A stretch of 58,787 nt of DNA from a virus (Duplodnaviria > Caudoviricetes): positions 1 to 58,787 of the IMG/VR virus record IMGVR_UViG_3300017767_000012, one strand, 5' to 3'. The notes below the pieces were generated by a model that was not told the origin of the DNA, did no database searches, and saw nothing but the letters and a program-made list of their open reading frames with translations. This document shows positions 50,401-57,397 of the stretch, piece after piece; within the stretch, counting starts at the first letter, position 1; every line of letters starts with the position of its first letter. The translations under genes were made by a program, and so were the position numbers.

Positions 50401-53104
50401 ATAATGTTAAAGTATCATTAACTCCTCCTGTTGTAGCAACACCAATGTTGGTACCACCGTTATTATCGTATACAAGTCTATCTCCAGTTAAGAAGTTATG
50501 ATCTTTATTAAGATTGAATGAATTATAAGTTGAACTAACATCACCACCAAGATTAGTGCTAATACCATTAAAAAATACTTGTCTAAATCGTTCTTCAACT
50601 AATGCTCTACCAATAGCACCACTACCATTACCACCATAAATTTCTACGCTAATAACCTTATCAAGGTCATAGTCAAATGGGTCAATAAGAATACTTGATA
50701 CAATTCCGCTTAAAACTGGAACTGCACCTGCAGTATTTCCGATACTAACAGTTTCGTCAGTAATAGTGATGTTTGGAGGTGCCTGAACATCATAACCTGC
50801 ACCACTGTTTAAAACATTGAGTTTATTTACAGGACCGTAGAAGAGTGTATCCGCACCTTTATAGTTTAATATCTCAATACCATTCACAAGCATTCCTGTA
50901 TTACCATCTACGGTAATTTCGGAAGTAGTTTGACCTTCTTTACCGCTTTTGAGTTGCTGCTCTAAAACATATCTTTTTATAGGTCTTGCAGGGAAGATAT
51001 TCCTTTTTCCTTGACTAGCAAGTATAAAATCATGTCTACCTGTGGGTAAAGTTGGTGCAACAAAGAATGATGGTAAATTTGCTTTAATAAAAGAACGAGA
51101 TGGATATAATTTTATTTTATTTTTTGAACTTAGTACTTCTACAAAATAACTTGGAGAATCTAACGCACCAATAACCTGTGTTCCTGGTTCTGGTGCATAT
51201 ATGATTTCATCTCCAGTTTCAAATGGAACATCTGCTGCAAAAGAAATAATACTATATCTGTTTTCTACACTATCGTATCCTTCCCAGTTTCCAGAAGCAA
51301 TAGAAGGATTTATCAACTCCGCATGAATTCTATCAGAATCTATAGTGTAACTAGGAAGAGAACTAGAAGCAACATAACCTTCTCTCTTTGATGATGCTGA
51401 TTTAGACTCATCTACGATATATGCATTATTAATATCTGTTAATAACTGTTCTTGTCCACCTTTTACTGGAACAATTGAAGATTTTACTTTATTTTGCAAT
51501 CTTCGCACATCATATAATAAAAGAGGGTCAAGAGTAGGAATACTACCGTCAAGACTGATAGATGAAGCAGTTGTATCAATACTATCAACAATTAGAGAGC
51601 TAGCAACAAGAACTTCGCTGTTTCTACGCAAAATTTCAATTTTATCACCAACTTTTAAACTGCTTTTTTCAATAGTACCAACAAGGGTAAATATGGATCC
51701 AGCAAAACTTAAAATTTCGTATCTAGTAGATGTATTGTAAACCCAACTATTAAAAAACACCTCTTCATAGGATTTACTGATAACTGGGTTGGCAATATAG
51801 CGTCCTAAGTTCTTTACCTTGATAGCCGAGGTAGATTTTAAATTTCGGAGAGGTCTGCTAGTATTAAATTTAGAAAGTACACCAGTTAGACGCATTTCTA
51901 CCTTTTTAGTAGAATCTCCACCCTCATACCCATAAACAATGTTAAAAGTAGATACTGTACTGTTGTTTGGTATCTCTATACTAACTGGAGGAGCAACATC
52001 AAAGAATTGATTGATGCTTTTTGAGTCATATGTAAATGTCTGATAAAATGATGTGCCAATTTCACCAACTTTGATTGTACCAGTGCTAGAAAACCCAATT
52101 GTAGAATCTACGGTAATAACAGACGCACCAATACCAATTATTCCAATATTACTACTTCGTCCAGGTACTACGAAGGTACCATCAGTCAAACCTCGTTCAT
52201 CAAAACCTGTAAAGAGAGAAAGTTTGAAATAATCGTCTCTAATTAGCGATACTTCAGAAATAGGACCTGACGCTTCGTTTAATTGAGGGTTTGTTGGATC
52301 ATTATCTTGGAAAAGTGTCTGACCAACTAATTCTTGAGGATTACCAGATATTAATTGAACAGAAACAGTCTTTCTACGCAAATAATTCGCAAAAGATGGT
52401 TTTATTAGATATTTCTCTAAATCATTGATTTTTGGATCAACTCCAAACAGTGCTTTGAAAAGAATTTTAAAAGATGCACGAGTTCCCTTTGCTTCATATA
52501 AACTTCTTGCTTCTTTTATGAAATTATTAACATCTAACTGAGGTGAAAGCGTTACTCCCTCTAAACCAGGAGCATACATCGCTTTTAAATTCTTATAAAA
52601 TTCTTTTAAGAATAAAGAACTAAGATTTACTACATTTGCACCAGTAGTATGAATTCCAGCAATAGTTTGTTGCCATACTAATTCATCTGGGTCGTTTTGT
52701 TTGGAAAATGTAGAGATTCCACTAAAACCACGCCAAACACCAGTAAAACTATTTGTAGTTACGCCACTATAACTGCATATTTCATTATCGATCTGAAAAA
52801 GACCATATTTTTGAGGATATCCATCAGTACTATCTACTGTAACTGTAGTATCTGTTGATGAAATAGTACCAACAAGTGTAGTTGTACCTCTTATTACATC
52901 AGTAGTTAAATTATCAACTTTAATATACGCATCAATATTCTCCGCAATGTCTGCAGGTCCACCTTGGAAGTCTTGAGAGATATAATACTGTTCTAAGAAT
53001 TTGGAGAACAGAGGATTCTCTGACTTAGCAAATTCTGGTATAATTTCGCTAACGACTTGATAAGTTTTTACCCTAGGACTTAAGGGAGAATATGTTTCGA
53101 TCAT
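38450..53104 (-). CDS. g7: Giant baseplate wedge initiator gp7 (4884 aa)
   Basis: FLEQYY, YEAKGT..SFKILFKALFG, DNDYYQNMSY, VHPAGFKNF; between g6 and g8. Confidence 0.88.
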   Translation of the reverse strand: MIETYSPLSPRVKTYQVVSEIIPEFAKSENPLFSKFLEQYYISQDFQGGPADIAENIDAYIKVDNLTTDVIRGTTTLVGTISSTDTTVTVDSTDGYPQKYGLFQIDNEICSYSGVTTNSFTGVWRGFSGISTFSKQNDPDELVWQQTIAGIHTTGANVVNLSSLFLKEFYKNLKAMYAPGLEGVTLSPQLDVNNFIKEARSLYEAKGTRASFKILFKALFGVDPKINDLEKYLIKPSFANYLRRKTVSVQLISGNPQELVGQTLFQDNDPTNPQLNEASGPISEVSLIRDDYFKLSLFTGFDERGLTDGTFVVPGRSSNIGIIGIGASVITVDSTIGFSSTGTIKVGEIGTSFYQTFTYDSKSINQFFDVAPPVSIEIPNNSTVSTFNIVYGYEGGDSTKKVEMRLTGVLSKFNTSRPLRNLKSTSAIKVKNLGRYIANPVISKSYEEVFFNSWVYNTSTRYEILSFAGSIFTLVGTIEKSSLKVGDKIEILRRNSEVLVASSLIVDSIDTTASSISLDGSIPTLDPLLLYDVRRLQNKVKSSIVPVKGGQEQLLTDINNAYIVDESKSASSKREGYVASSSLPSYTIDSDRIHAELINPSIASGNWEGYDSVENRYSIISFAADVPFETGDEIIYAPEPGTQVIGALDSPSYFVEVLSSKNKIKLYPSRSFIKANLPSFFVAPTLPTGRHDFILASQGKRNIFPARPIKRYVLEQQLKSGKEGQTTSEITVDGNTGMLVNGIEILNYKGADTLFYGPVNKLNVLNSGAGYDVQAPPNITITDETVSIGNTAGAVPVLSGIVSSILIDPFDYDLDKVISVEIYGGNGSGAIGRALVEERFRQVFFNGISTNLGGDVSSTYNSFNLNKDHNFLTGDRLVYDNNGGTNIGVATTGGVNDTLTLFGGQDYYINVINSKDFTLHNNKQDSIIGINTILIEENAAASNAGLHIFRTFDKKRTISRISLEDTGSGYANRNILVKPVGINTFNDSVEFINHGLTDGEVVEYENGTNAVITGLSTTKQYQVLKIDDDKFRLAEAGNKGDREATETNYVNRQNVYLDSMGAGSGYHLFKYPPIVCKVKVLTKDQQEKEPTATPVVKGQIDDILVYNQGSNYGSTILNFPNPPIISVPTGNLGQIGIVVAKGSVTDAFVANGGSGYVGPPDLNVVSVATTSQGAILRAIVNDSGSITDVKVISGGVGYAATNTSVNVVPVGSEFKAEATVRGLTVNKAYRLNQSEMDFLQPIGDGLALNIVGYGNTIRNFFADDGTGHSPIIGWAYDGNPIYGAYGSVDVDSVQSDVKKMVSSYDISATNIENRPPSSLFPYGYFIDDYVYTGNGDLDEHNGRFTKTPDFPQGVYAYFATVDLLNDPQFPFFVGDTYRSFAIEENTVKGKLLDQVTFDFNNSELVRNTQPYNLFGDGVSYDYLFQPYRTNNQVSNPSNLLQGAVETIDILSRGSGYSIGEKVIFDNTGTNGVGLDAEVKKLHGKPIDNISSSVITLSNLPIKHTRQGVVFKATPYHEFKGSDTVRVTGISTYIKGLEGFKKIAVASYSASLTDNGYTGIITDLRVDFVPDNVAVGDSIGIGTETARILGFFPNEKIVRIERYAGFTTAAVGSAVTYFTSEFTVPVETNPFDSSFQNLIYFNPKESVGVGTTVGISTSVDVSLNGVTKQRSILAQTIHLPNHGLKTNAKVTFDKRGNTDLFATDSISPYTAPSALSGDFYVINKSPDTIGLKTNTDGPALFFTTTGDDKANYSVVTNYKQETATVRRSQVTIQTTEDHGLEENDRFDLIVKTGLTTGIGTSTRATVKLIDGYTVINPLDIPTSGVNTTTSIFTVEDHALDTGFKVLMYGSGGDPSQLPAGLEQRTYYVLKIDADQFQLANTEKQLRADPPEVVGFTSVGYSGQTINPINPPVTVFRENNIVFDLNDPSLLGAKLKFFYDRNNFNEYVGTGSTANLEVVGVGTVGIGTTNPPDLPYKQINYSDSLKNTLYYAIEKGGYITTSETDVLYGNEIKYADSGYNAKQYIATGVAGTVFTANIGAEPEKDHYTQEDCAELYYSHTGAAATGGISQIRIINGGFGYQRLPAVTSVGSSGISAELELFGTDINLLGDVSVPTDVYGYPSDGTLNPDAFLPRILLIKNASKVLSASVLFGGRSYLNAPALAVFDKTTGEIVTNGLLTAELSDTAVNKVNVIVEPRGLTGNDYGIAPLRNSNGISIIEAFSDVGVLTCKITTPILGYDTEPFTIGESVFLEGIDFTAGTGDGFNSGDYKFIDFQIADYNSAVNPRQVTFTYTGLSSNPGIGATVVTGFGQIVKSGDLARFDATKTFSEFRTNEPLRRNSDLFTDLIMTDIDVNTGIMVVSGSINLQIDDKLLGTNSGDVCEVQAITEFDGYFEIASTIDTNVGWADNIGLIGDNNQFLPDNDYYQNMSYAIESEKTYEELITYVNDIVHPAGFKNFANTQILAKGNAGDTFIPAADAGGLVLDFVSDPLRVDSIYNFDIARDANSADNLSKFIELQQTRLADFILCKTNRVLLHDDISSQFISNESNDLSDSRVIAATIAGRYFSRYLVQTIHEAQDPAKNHFQLNELILISCNDDTFLVQKSALNNTNQVGLATGYGEFFAQYNINNGQTQVRIKPYEPFDTNYDIKAFQQGFADAVGTGQTELGNAEVRSVNISVGSGTTTDIVGINTVNLAGVHGHIVVINKNSNKVDYHEVVLQHDGVDTYLTEVGAFNNRQSLGGLSSPQFMGTFTSSIDTGAGGVVKLKYVHSEANSIDLRCKFLNFNPVGYGTTSVKHFNIPFTPEGSERSGRIVVGSSATTGIATVCGITSFTDLSFKSTVSVSYGSTQTFHQIYVLSDPVKVDTFLSQGPIAAVGTTTGIGTFGAEFSGDQVNLEFYPDAGVTGIVSIFSYNEIIYQQNDPNGLLAGIGSFNYGQVFENQTQNTYLGINNRNLRKFGLKYQSTPIYQRAFNPQNVNEINKETGLITLKHFFSNTEKVSYLPDSNIIGIAASSLEYSTGYGSTVLPSECFIVKSNNNQFFISTSITDARVGKAVTFAQDKGQGNLHKFTMDKRDSKSMITLNGLVQKPLSHTSVTYDLDVAVNGFVTCFALSGLSTITSGDLLKIDDEYNIVQTVGFGSTTTGPITGIGTWSLVEIERGSVGSAATVHSAGSTARIYRGAFQIVDSDIYFTEAPLGGDLGIIDAGNLLTPRATFSGRTYLRQDYATNQVFDDNSDGFDGLENIFPLTSTGVAVTGIGSTGGNGVLFINSMFQAPFGENNEGVANFEIIEQSLGGIASVNYTGISSFGFTDLIIDEGDINQNQLPRGGIIISVASTPGQGYAPFKGAKIQVTTGKDGAITGFTGIPTTSDFIDIESVDYDKTTGLATVSTAKVHRFGVEDFSKLVGLEFTCSDYISGITTLGITSFVYDHLVGIATIITDSTHGFTDPNLVGIVTDGLTFTCDMDGYRTNHTYPRSTDTANNKFLEVRNVTRDEFDVNVGISTQVRYTPVDAVYDAVAGIMTVTIGSHNIMSGTSIKIDQESINFQCAMDGLSTTKSYPRTTDPYFDRAISVASTTATGIAITVGTSPIVNYSITTATYNPSTGIVTATIGQHPLKDGTSIKLKEGSLIFRCETDNYISTHTYPRNIIDTQTINGAQYDATAGIMTVTVIPGGRLIHDGDFVKFDNDSIRFTCDMDGGTSTKSYPRSTDPYSGKWVPITGIGTTSFAVNVGKSPIQPFAISSAVYDPTAGIVTVSIPDHEFMTGTSIRISPESLAFRCGLDTFQSIHYYPRSTDTVGYNTAVSIASTTVGTISFQILPTQPSSNVSTHHHVPNDKLTPISASYDPVVGIMTVTVNNHGLSNGDYVKFDDGSVNFTCTRDNNQKVCGYPRPKDPYHNTWIKVSNVTTNTFRTNGMKSYDNATHTFVSGTPNSITRSVIVGGGAYNHTFVSAGVGSMDQKRDRSFDQPIKITAGYTLDTAEDIVYDPVAGIMTVTATGHGMMNGNYVLIENNSIKLECSQDNYVTPHLYPRITDPISGDWVAVASTTVNSFAIDVGKTNTGDQYVHRFAGSVANGIRKQNGTVTFQAGISTDTSEHRYDIMAGHEASNAVISGGNYAHTFANASTGAIRTGGGFEHRFVSAASSTLYIDSWAGAALTVSNAVYNPETGIVRFTAQNHGLVAPESLKLRGIGVTCAYGTKTYPTGKFGYHFKVRSVGTTTSFETFVGVSTLQHDYTGGGVVQVGVTSNLFPSFDEAYPISGIVSARTFEVNVGPNTIGHTYVQGGTVAQWYPLSFGSGYQTGLGTIGIALSSPTKGVNAEINALVGAGGSLIFSIGAGGTGYTGEYDSVFAPEPNGENLPIVGLSRIGGGTETGVGCSVSVQISGIQTATGIGSTLAEVSNWEFSKKGYGFKRGDVFTVAGLSTDPKAGDNFRNFELEVIEVFTDTVASWQFGNIDYLDNIKPNQDGNQMRFPLFYQSQLVSFEIDRNDQDSTEIDLSTVLLVFINGVLQEPNLNYVFTGGSIIEFSSAPTVNDNVVIFFYRGTIGQDSFIFDINENIKKGDALRLDKSAEMQFNKVTKDQSNFAQIEDRIIKRIDSAATVETPFYQGPGVSNDNYKPMTWIKQKGDLFIDGSLVSKARDSYEAQINPIGNIIGVLSTTDTAVFVDTVGNFKDTDGLLTESFGLLAIAPVGFGTTAATGVNFENLSGIEPLVADVAGYIGVVTGIGTTAGIGTDLALEILIDNQDYVNNGNDATGFSTNYPFKLYGTGINTAGIAITSIDTHDTDIVSISTYYGDNIYYASAISYRNGGRQGIITANIASYTDTSDMVGVGSTGFAYAHFTWGRFGDVNRAGSPIALDVKGLSYDNELSKFPLVLRRGVGHRGTGALPKLL
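40256..43007 (-). repeat. Nine diverged beta-domain repeats within gp7
   Basis: Recurrent Y[DN]xxxG...H...C..D....YPR..D and H[TR][FY] motifs. Confidence 0.85.
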
Positions 53105-53105
53105 T

Positions 53106-55025
53106 CTACTGTCTGATTAGCGATCCGTTAGAGTAACTAGAGGTGACTTTATATCCTATGCCAGAAATTTGCTGACCAGATGATATTGTGTCTCTTACGA
53201 TATTTATCGTAGTATTTGACATGTCCAAACTTAAGTAAATGTCCTTTAATCCTATAACATCGTTAGATTCTGGATATGCCTGAATTTCAATGATGTCATT
53301 ATCCTTAACTGTTGATGAAATGTTGATAGTATTGAGTATTACTTCACCTTTTACATAATCTACAGTACCAGCATTAGGAACAACAACAACTGCATCCTCT
53401 GATGCGGAAGTAGCAGGTTTAAATACAGCAATATCACCCATAATACCATTAGATCTTGGTATATCAGTAAAATACACTTCACCTTCAACACCACTAATAC
53501 CAAATCCAGTAGATTTGATAGTTCCACCACCTGTTTTTACATTAAATTGATTACCAAAGCATAATTCATATTGAGCAGACTGATTTATGAGTGCTTTTAG
53601 GTCTCTACGAATAGTAACCTTCGTAATATTGGAAGTAATTGCTGAATCTGTCTGATCAATGATTCGTTGAGACTCAGAATACTTAAATCTACCACCAAAT
53701 GCGTTCAAATTAGCAGATCTTCCGTACTCAGTAAGAGATGTACTGACTTCTGCCTTAAGTTGGTCTTTATCATCCATAATACTGTTGTTATAATAGACGA
53801 AAGAGTCCAACTCTACATACAAAATCTTTAAATCTTCAATTCGTTGGTTAATTCCTGCAATTGCATACTGTTTTAAGTCATTCAGTATGTTCTGCTTAGT
53901 AAAGTCAGATAAGAATGTACCATTTTTAGGTTTTATACTTAAAACTACAGTTCCAAACTCAGGAGGATCCAATTCCTCACCACCAACAACAGAAACAGAC
54001 TCTGTATTTGGATAAACAGACTGAACTATTGCTTCATAATCCCTAGGTGTAACCGCCCTGTTCTGTGCGGAGTACATTCTAGGTGCAAAATATCGTATAG
54101 AGTCAATTGCTTCGATATCAGTACCGTTTCTAGCGGTCTGACTAGCAATTACTGTTACATTGTTTGTAGATGAGAGTGAATTTCCTGCATCATCTACTAT
54201 ATTTCCTGAGAAAGTAAAGAATTTACCTTCATTCCCATCCTTACCATCAGTTATAATGTAAGAAATATCAATTTCATCACCAATTTCTAGTTTTTTACCA
54301 AACAGACCATCTCCAAATAGTAATTCATAGGTCTCATTCTTAATTTCTTGTATTAGATATACATTTGAGACTGGAGTAACCTCAATAATATTGTCAATTC
54401 GTGAAAATGATAGTCCTGCAGACGATCCAGACTTCTTAACAGTTACTTTAAGTGAGTTTAAATCAATAAATGAGTTGTCGAGAATGAATCTTTGATCAGA
54501 ACTACCATTTACAGTAAATTTTTTAGTTAAAAGTGTACCTTGATAGACAGTTAATCCAGAAAATTTACCAGTTCTAGGAGAATTATTACCACCTATCCCT
54601 CCAGAGTCCAAAGGACTGGTTACAGTTACATCTTCTGGGACTGAAAAAGTATAACTTGTGTTGCTTACAGCACCAACTAGTGCCAAACCTTTCTTTAAAG
54701 TGACAGTATTACTATTTCCTGCAAATTTAAACTCAAAATCAACCACTGCTTCAGCAGATCTTCGTGATCTTGGTACATATCCTATGTTTCTAGCTAAAGA
54801 AACAACATTTTCTCGTAGTGTTGCTGAATCCAAGAAGGACTCATTAGCAACCATATTACTATTAAAGGCAGTTATATATGAATTATACGCTAATATATCG
54901 ACAATGATCGACATATTTGACCCTTCAAAGTCAAAATCCTTAAAATCAGAGTTAGCTCTCAGGTAATCCTTTACAGATTCCTTGATTTCAGCAAAATTTA
55001 AGTTAGTAAATTTAGTAAATGGCAT
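53106..55025 (-). CDS. g6: Baseplate wedge subunit gp6
   Basis: DFDFEGSN, ESFLDSATLRENVVSLARNIGYVP, QNRAVTPRDY. Confidence 0.96.
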   Translation of the reverse strand: MPFTKFTNLNFAEIKESVKDYLRANSDFKDFDFEGSNMSIIVDILAYNSYITAFNSNMVANESFLDSATLRENVVSLARNIGYVPRSRRSAEAVVDFEFKFAGNSNTVTLKKGLALVGAVSNTSYTFSVPEDVTVTSPLDSGGIGGNNSPRTGKFSGLTVYQGTLLTKKFTVNGSSDQRFILDNSFIDLNSLKVTVKKSGSSAGLSFSRIDNIIEVTPVSNVYLIQEIKNETYELLFGDGLFGKKLEIGDEIDISYIITDGKDGNEGKFFTFSGNIVDDAGNSLSSTNNVTVIASQTARNGTDIEAIDSIRYFAPRMYSAQNRAVTPRDYEAIVQSVYPNTESVSVVGGEELDPPEFGTVVLSIKPKNGTFLSDFTKQNILNDLKQYAIAGINQRIEDLKILYVELDSFVYYNNSIMDDKDQLKAEVSTSLTEYGRSANLNAFGGRFKYSESQRIIDQTDSAITSNITKVTIRRDLKALINQSAQYELCFGNQFNVKTGGGTIKSTGFGISGVEGEVYFTDIPRSNGIMGDIAVFKPATSASEDAVVVVPNAGTVDYVKGEVILNTINISSTVKDNDIIEIQAYPESNDVIGLKDIYLSLDMSNTTINIVRDTISSGQQISGIGYKVTSSYSNGSLIRQ

Positions 55026-55030
55026 TCCTA

Positions 55031-55429
55031 TTACCTAGATGATTCCAACATGAAGTCAAATTCTTGACTTGGGAAGTCCTGTCCTACAATATCATAAGCA
55101 ACAAATACTTCAAATGTATTATCGTTGGGTTTGGGTTCCACTCTCACTGCAGTATTTGCAATACGACCCTCGAACCCCTTTAAAACATCAAAAATTTGCT
55201 GAGTTATGACACTTGCTGTACCATAATCAACAAAATCAAATAAAGATCTAGTCACATCTGTACCAAGATTAGACTGAAAAGGTCTTTCGCCACCTATAGT
55301 CTGGATTAAATTCCTTACAGCTCTCTTGATCGCATCCTCATTTTTAAGGACTCGTACATCTCCAGAAACAGGGTGGGGCGAAAAAGAAAGATCTATATCT
55401 TTAAATGCCTTGGAATTAGATTCAGCCAT
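55031..55429 (-). CDS. g25: Baseplate wedge subunit gp25
   Basis: FKDIDLSF, AIKRAVRNL, GERPF. Confidence 0.93.
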   Translation of the reverse strand: MAESNSKAFKDIDLSFSPHPVSGDVRVLKNEDAIKRAVRNLIQTIGGERPFQSNLGTDVTRSLFDFVDYGTASVITQQIFDVLKGFEGRIANTAVRVEPKPNDNTFEVFVAYDIVGQDFPSQEFDFMLESSR

Positions 55430-55452
55430 ACAGCGGCTCTAGGTATCTCGAT

Positions 55453-55460
55453 TATTTATA
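55453..55460 (-). promoter_or_regulatory. Late promoter TATAAATA heading the baseplate operon
   Basis: Exact consensus upstream of g25. Confidence 0.8.
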
Positions 55461-55482
55461 CCAGTTTCCGTAAGATATAGAT

Positions 55483-55767
55483 TTAATCCCACTCCTTAGG
55501 ATTATAAGCAGGGTCAGGTTCGTTAAAATTATTATCTTTTGTTATCTCTCCTTCTAATAAATCTGACAACTTCTTACATCTATCTGCTGCTAATTGGTGA
55601 TGTGAACCTCTACTTCTAATAGCATTCATTATACAGTTGTATATGTCATACTCATCTGCGTCTGAAATGATAGCATCATAAATTGCGTCATCCAATACAG
55701 ATAACGCATAGTCCTTATATTCAGTATCATCACTCACTAGGTGTAGATGATTTCTTTTCTCAGTCAT
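55483..55767 (-). CDS. Hypothetical acidic protein
   Basis: ORF track; start moved to MTEKRNH, overlapping the upstream stop. Confidence 0.6.
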   Translation of the reverse strand: MTEKRNHLHLVSDDTEYKDYALSVLDDAIYDAIISDADEYDIYNCIMNAIRSRGSHHQLAADRCKKLSDLLEGEITKDNNFNEPDPAYNPKEWD

Positions 55768-55942
55768 TGTTTGCCTCAATGATTGCTTCTTTAATGACAC
55801 TCTTAAGTTGCCTTAGTTTCTTTTTACCAAGACCTGCTCTAGTATCGATCTTTACCTTTACCCAGTATACTCCTGCTAATACTAACAGGAAAGGAACTGC
55901 TTCTGCCCAAGAGATGTTGTTCCATGCTTCGACTACATTCAT
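55760..55942 (-). CDS. Single-pass membrane microprotein (60 aa)
   Basis: WAEAVPFLLVLAGVYWV followed by a basic tail. Confidence 0.65.
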   Translation of the reverse strand: MNVVEAWNNISWAEAVPFLLVLAGVYWVKVKIDTRAGLGKKKLRQLKSVIKEAIIEANND

Positions 55943-56085
55943 TTGCCTTGCCCCCTGTATGCCTTACGAGCAGCGTTTCGGGCGGTGCTAGAAAATTTGG
56001 AGTGCTTACCTTGTCCTTGTCGAGTCTTTTTGGGTGTCTTTTCAATCCAACTGCCACCTGATAAGTTTGTGAATACTTTAGCCAT
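55939..56085 (-). CDS. Highly basic 48-aa protein
   Basis: Manual: MAKVFTNLSGGSWIEKTPKKTRQGQGKHSKFSSTARNAARKAYRGQGK; ATGA coupling. Confidence 0.75.
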   Translation of the reverse strand: MAKVFTNLSGGSWIEKTPKKTRQGQGKHSKFSSTARNAARKAYRGQGK

Positions 56086-56245
56086 TAATTTCTTTCATAG
56101 TATGTGATATTGTTGATGGATCTGGGTAGGAAATCTCATAGAAAGATTGAGCATAGTCGCTCATCAGATCCAGAAAGTCAGTCTCACTTATATCGGTGTG
56201 CTTCTCAACTCCACCGATATAGATTGTGTAAACTGTCTTTGACAT
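56078..56245 (-). CDS. Hypothetical 55-aa protein
   Basis: MSKTVYTIYIGG...; TAATG coupling to the glycosyltransferase stop. Confidence 0.7.
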   Translation of the reverse strand: MSKTVYTIYIGGVEKHTDISETDFLDLMSDYAQSFYEISYPDPSTISHTMKEING

Positions 56246-57000
56246 TAGATAACTCTCATCTTCTCGTGACCTACTCTCACACGAGGATCGCACCATATCT
56301 CGAACCCTGCTTCTATAGCATCGAGACAGAAACTCACATCTTCTCCACACATATCTTGAACATCGCCTGATTCAAAGACTTGCATCTTAGGAGCAAACCA
56401 AGGATACTTAATGCCTTCGTTCTCAAATACTCCTTTCTTAATCAGTGTCCATCCGAAACCTGTATAGTCTACAGTGAATGGTTTCTTTCTCTTAGTCATT
56501 GTCTCACCTGTTTCGTGATTCATGACTCCACCATTGTTACGGAAGTCGCCCTCATCTAACCAATGAGCAACACTAGTAGTACGACCATCTTCAGTCATAT
56601 ACCAACCAGCAGCAATATCTTTGTCCATAAGAACAAGTTGTAAGAACTTCTCAGTTCCGTAGACGATATCACTATCAATCCATAGTTGGTAGTCGTAGTT
56701 TAACTTACCATCCCAAGGAATCTGATCTGGTCCTCTTAAGACATTTGCCCCAAGACACTTACATCTAGCAAAGTTAACCATACTAGAATAGTCTTGAGAT
56801 ATTTGAATACTCGCCCCATGCTGTACTAAGTCAAAGCAGAGTTGAACGAAACTCTTCAAGAACTGGAATGAACATCCTCTACCAGGCATACAGAATACTA
56901 TTGCCTTTCCTTTTAACATCTCCCATGCCTTGTCGTAGTCCCATTCGGGTTCGGCAGTTTTCTTTGGTGTTTTCGCCTTTACAGTAAATCCTTTAGCCAT
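56245..57000 (-). CDS. GT-A fold glycosyltransferase (family 2-like)
   Basis: VNFARC, DxD motif WIDSDI, TGFGWTLIK, GEDVSFC, RVGH. Confidence 0.85.
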   Translation of the reverse strand: MAKGFTVKAKTPKKTAEPEWDYDKAWEMLKGKAIVFCMPGRGCSFQFLKSFVQLCFDLVQHGASIQISQDYSSMVNFARCKCLGANVLRGPDQIPWDGKLNYDYQLWIDSDIVYGTEKFLQLVLMDKDIAAGWYMTEDGRTTSVAHWLDEGDFRNNGGVMNHETGETMTKRKKPFTVDYTGFGWTLIKKGVFENEGIKYPWFAPKMQVFESGDVQDMCGEDVSFCLDAIEAGFEIWCDPRVRVGHEKMRVI

Positions 57001-57021
57001 AATGAATAATGTACTTCATAT

Positions 57022-57050
57022 ATTATAACAGATTATATAGTCACAGTCAA
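57022..57050 (-). promoter_or_regulatory. sigma70-type promoter for the glycosyltransferase operon
   Basis: TTGACT-17 nt-TATAAT. Confidence 0.75.
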
Positions 57051-57061
57051 CGACTCTTGTT

Positions 57062-57223
57062 TTAATCTAGAAACACTCCGTCACTTTCTACAGTCATAGT
57101 TATTTCCCCATCCTCATACCAATCAAACTGGTTGCATACGCTCTCAGGCAGATCTAATACCAACTTATCCTCTGCATGGTCGTACCTTATGGCGATTTTT
57201 ATTTTTTCAATATTTTTTTTCAC
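57062..57223 (-). CDS. AbrB/MazE-like small DNA-binding protein (53 aa, GTG start)
   Basis: Manual: (V)KKNIEKIKIAIRYDHAEDKLVLDLPESVCNQFDWYEDGEITMTVESDGVFLD; LxLPxx...W pattern. Confidence 0.6.
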   Translation of the reverse strand: MKKNIEKIKIAIRYDHAEDKLVLDLPESVCNQFDWYEDGEITMTVESDGVFLD

Positions 57224-57397
57224 TAACGAATCCTGTGGTTCGCTTTTATATATTGGATTATTTTTTTATAGAGAGATATAGCAAGGTCGATCTGGGTCGT
57301 TTATAGCTTACAAAGGTTCCTTCGATTTAAACGCATCACAAGGGGGCACGATAACATATAACAACGAAACAACTGTGATTTTCGATGTTACTTAGTG

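Noticed and set aside
55839-56057. 72-aa minus ORF in the track
   Set aside because: An alternative frame (55939-56085) gives start/stop coupling and a more credible protein.
2022-56370. Numerous plus-strand and alternate-frame ORFs in the track (e.g. 6930-7298, 15777-16139, 21760-22098, 54658-54966)
   Set aside because: They lie within well-supported minus-strand genes, have no motifs, and are expected from codon bias.
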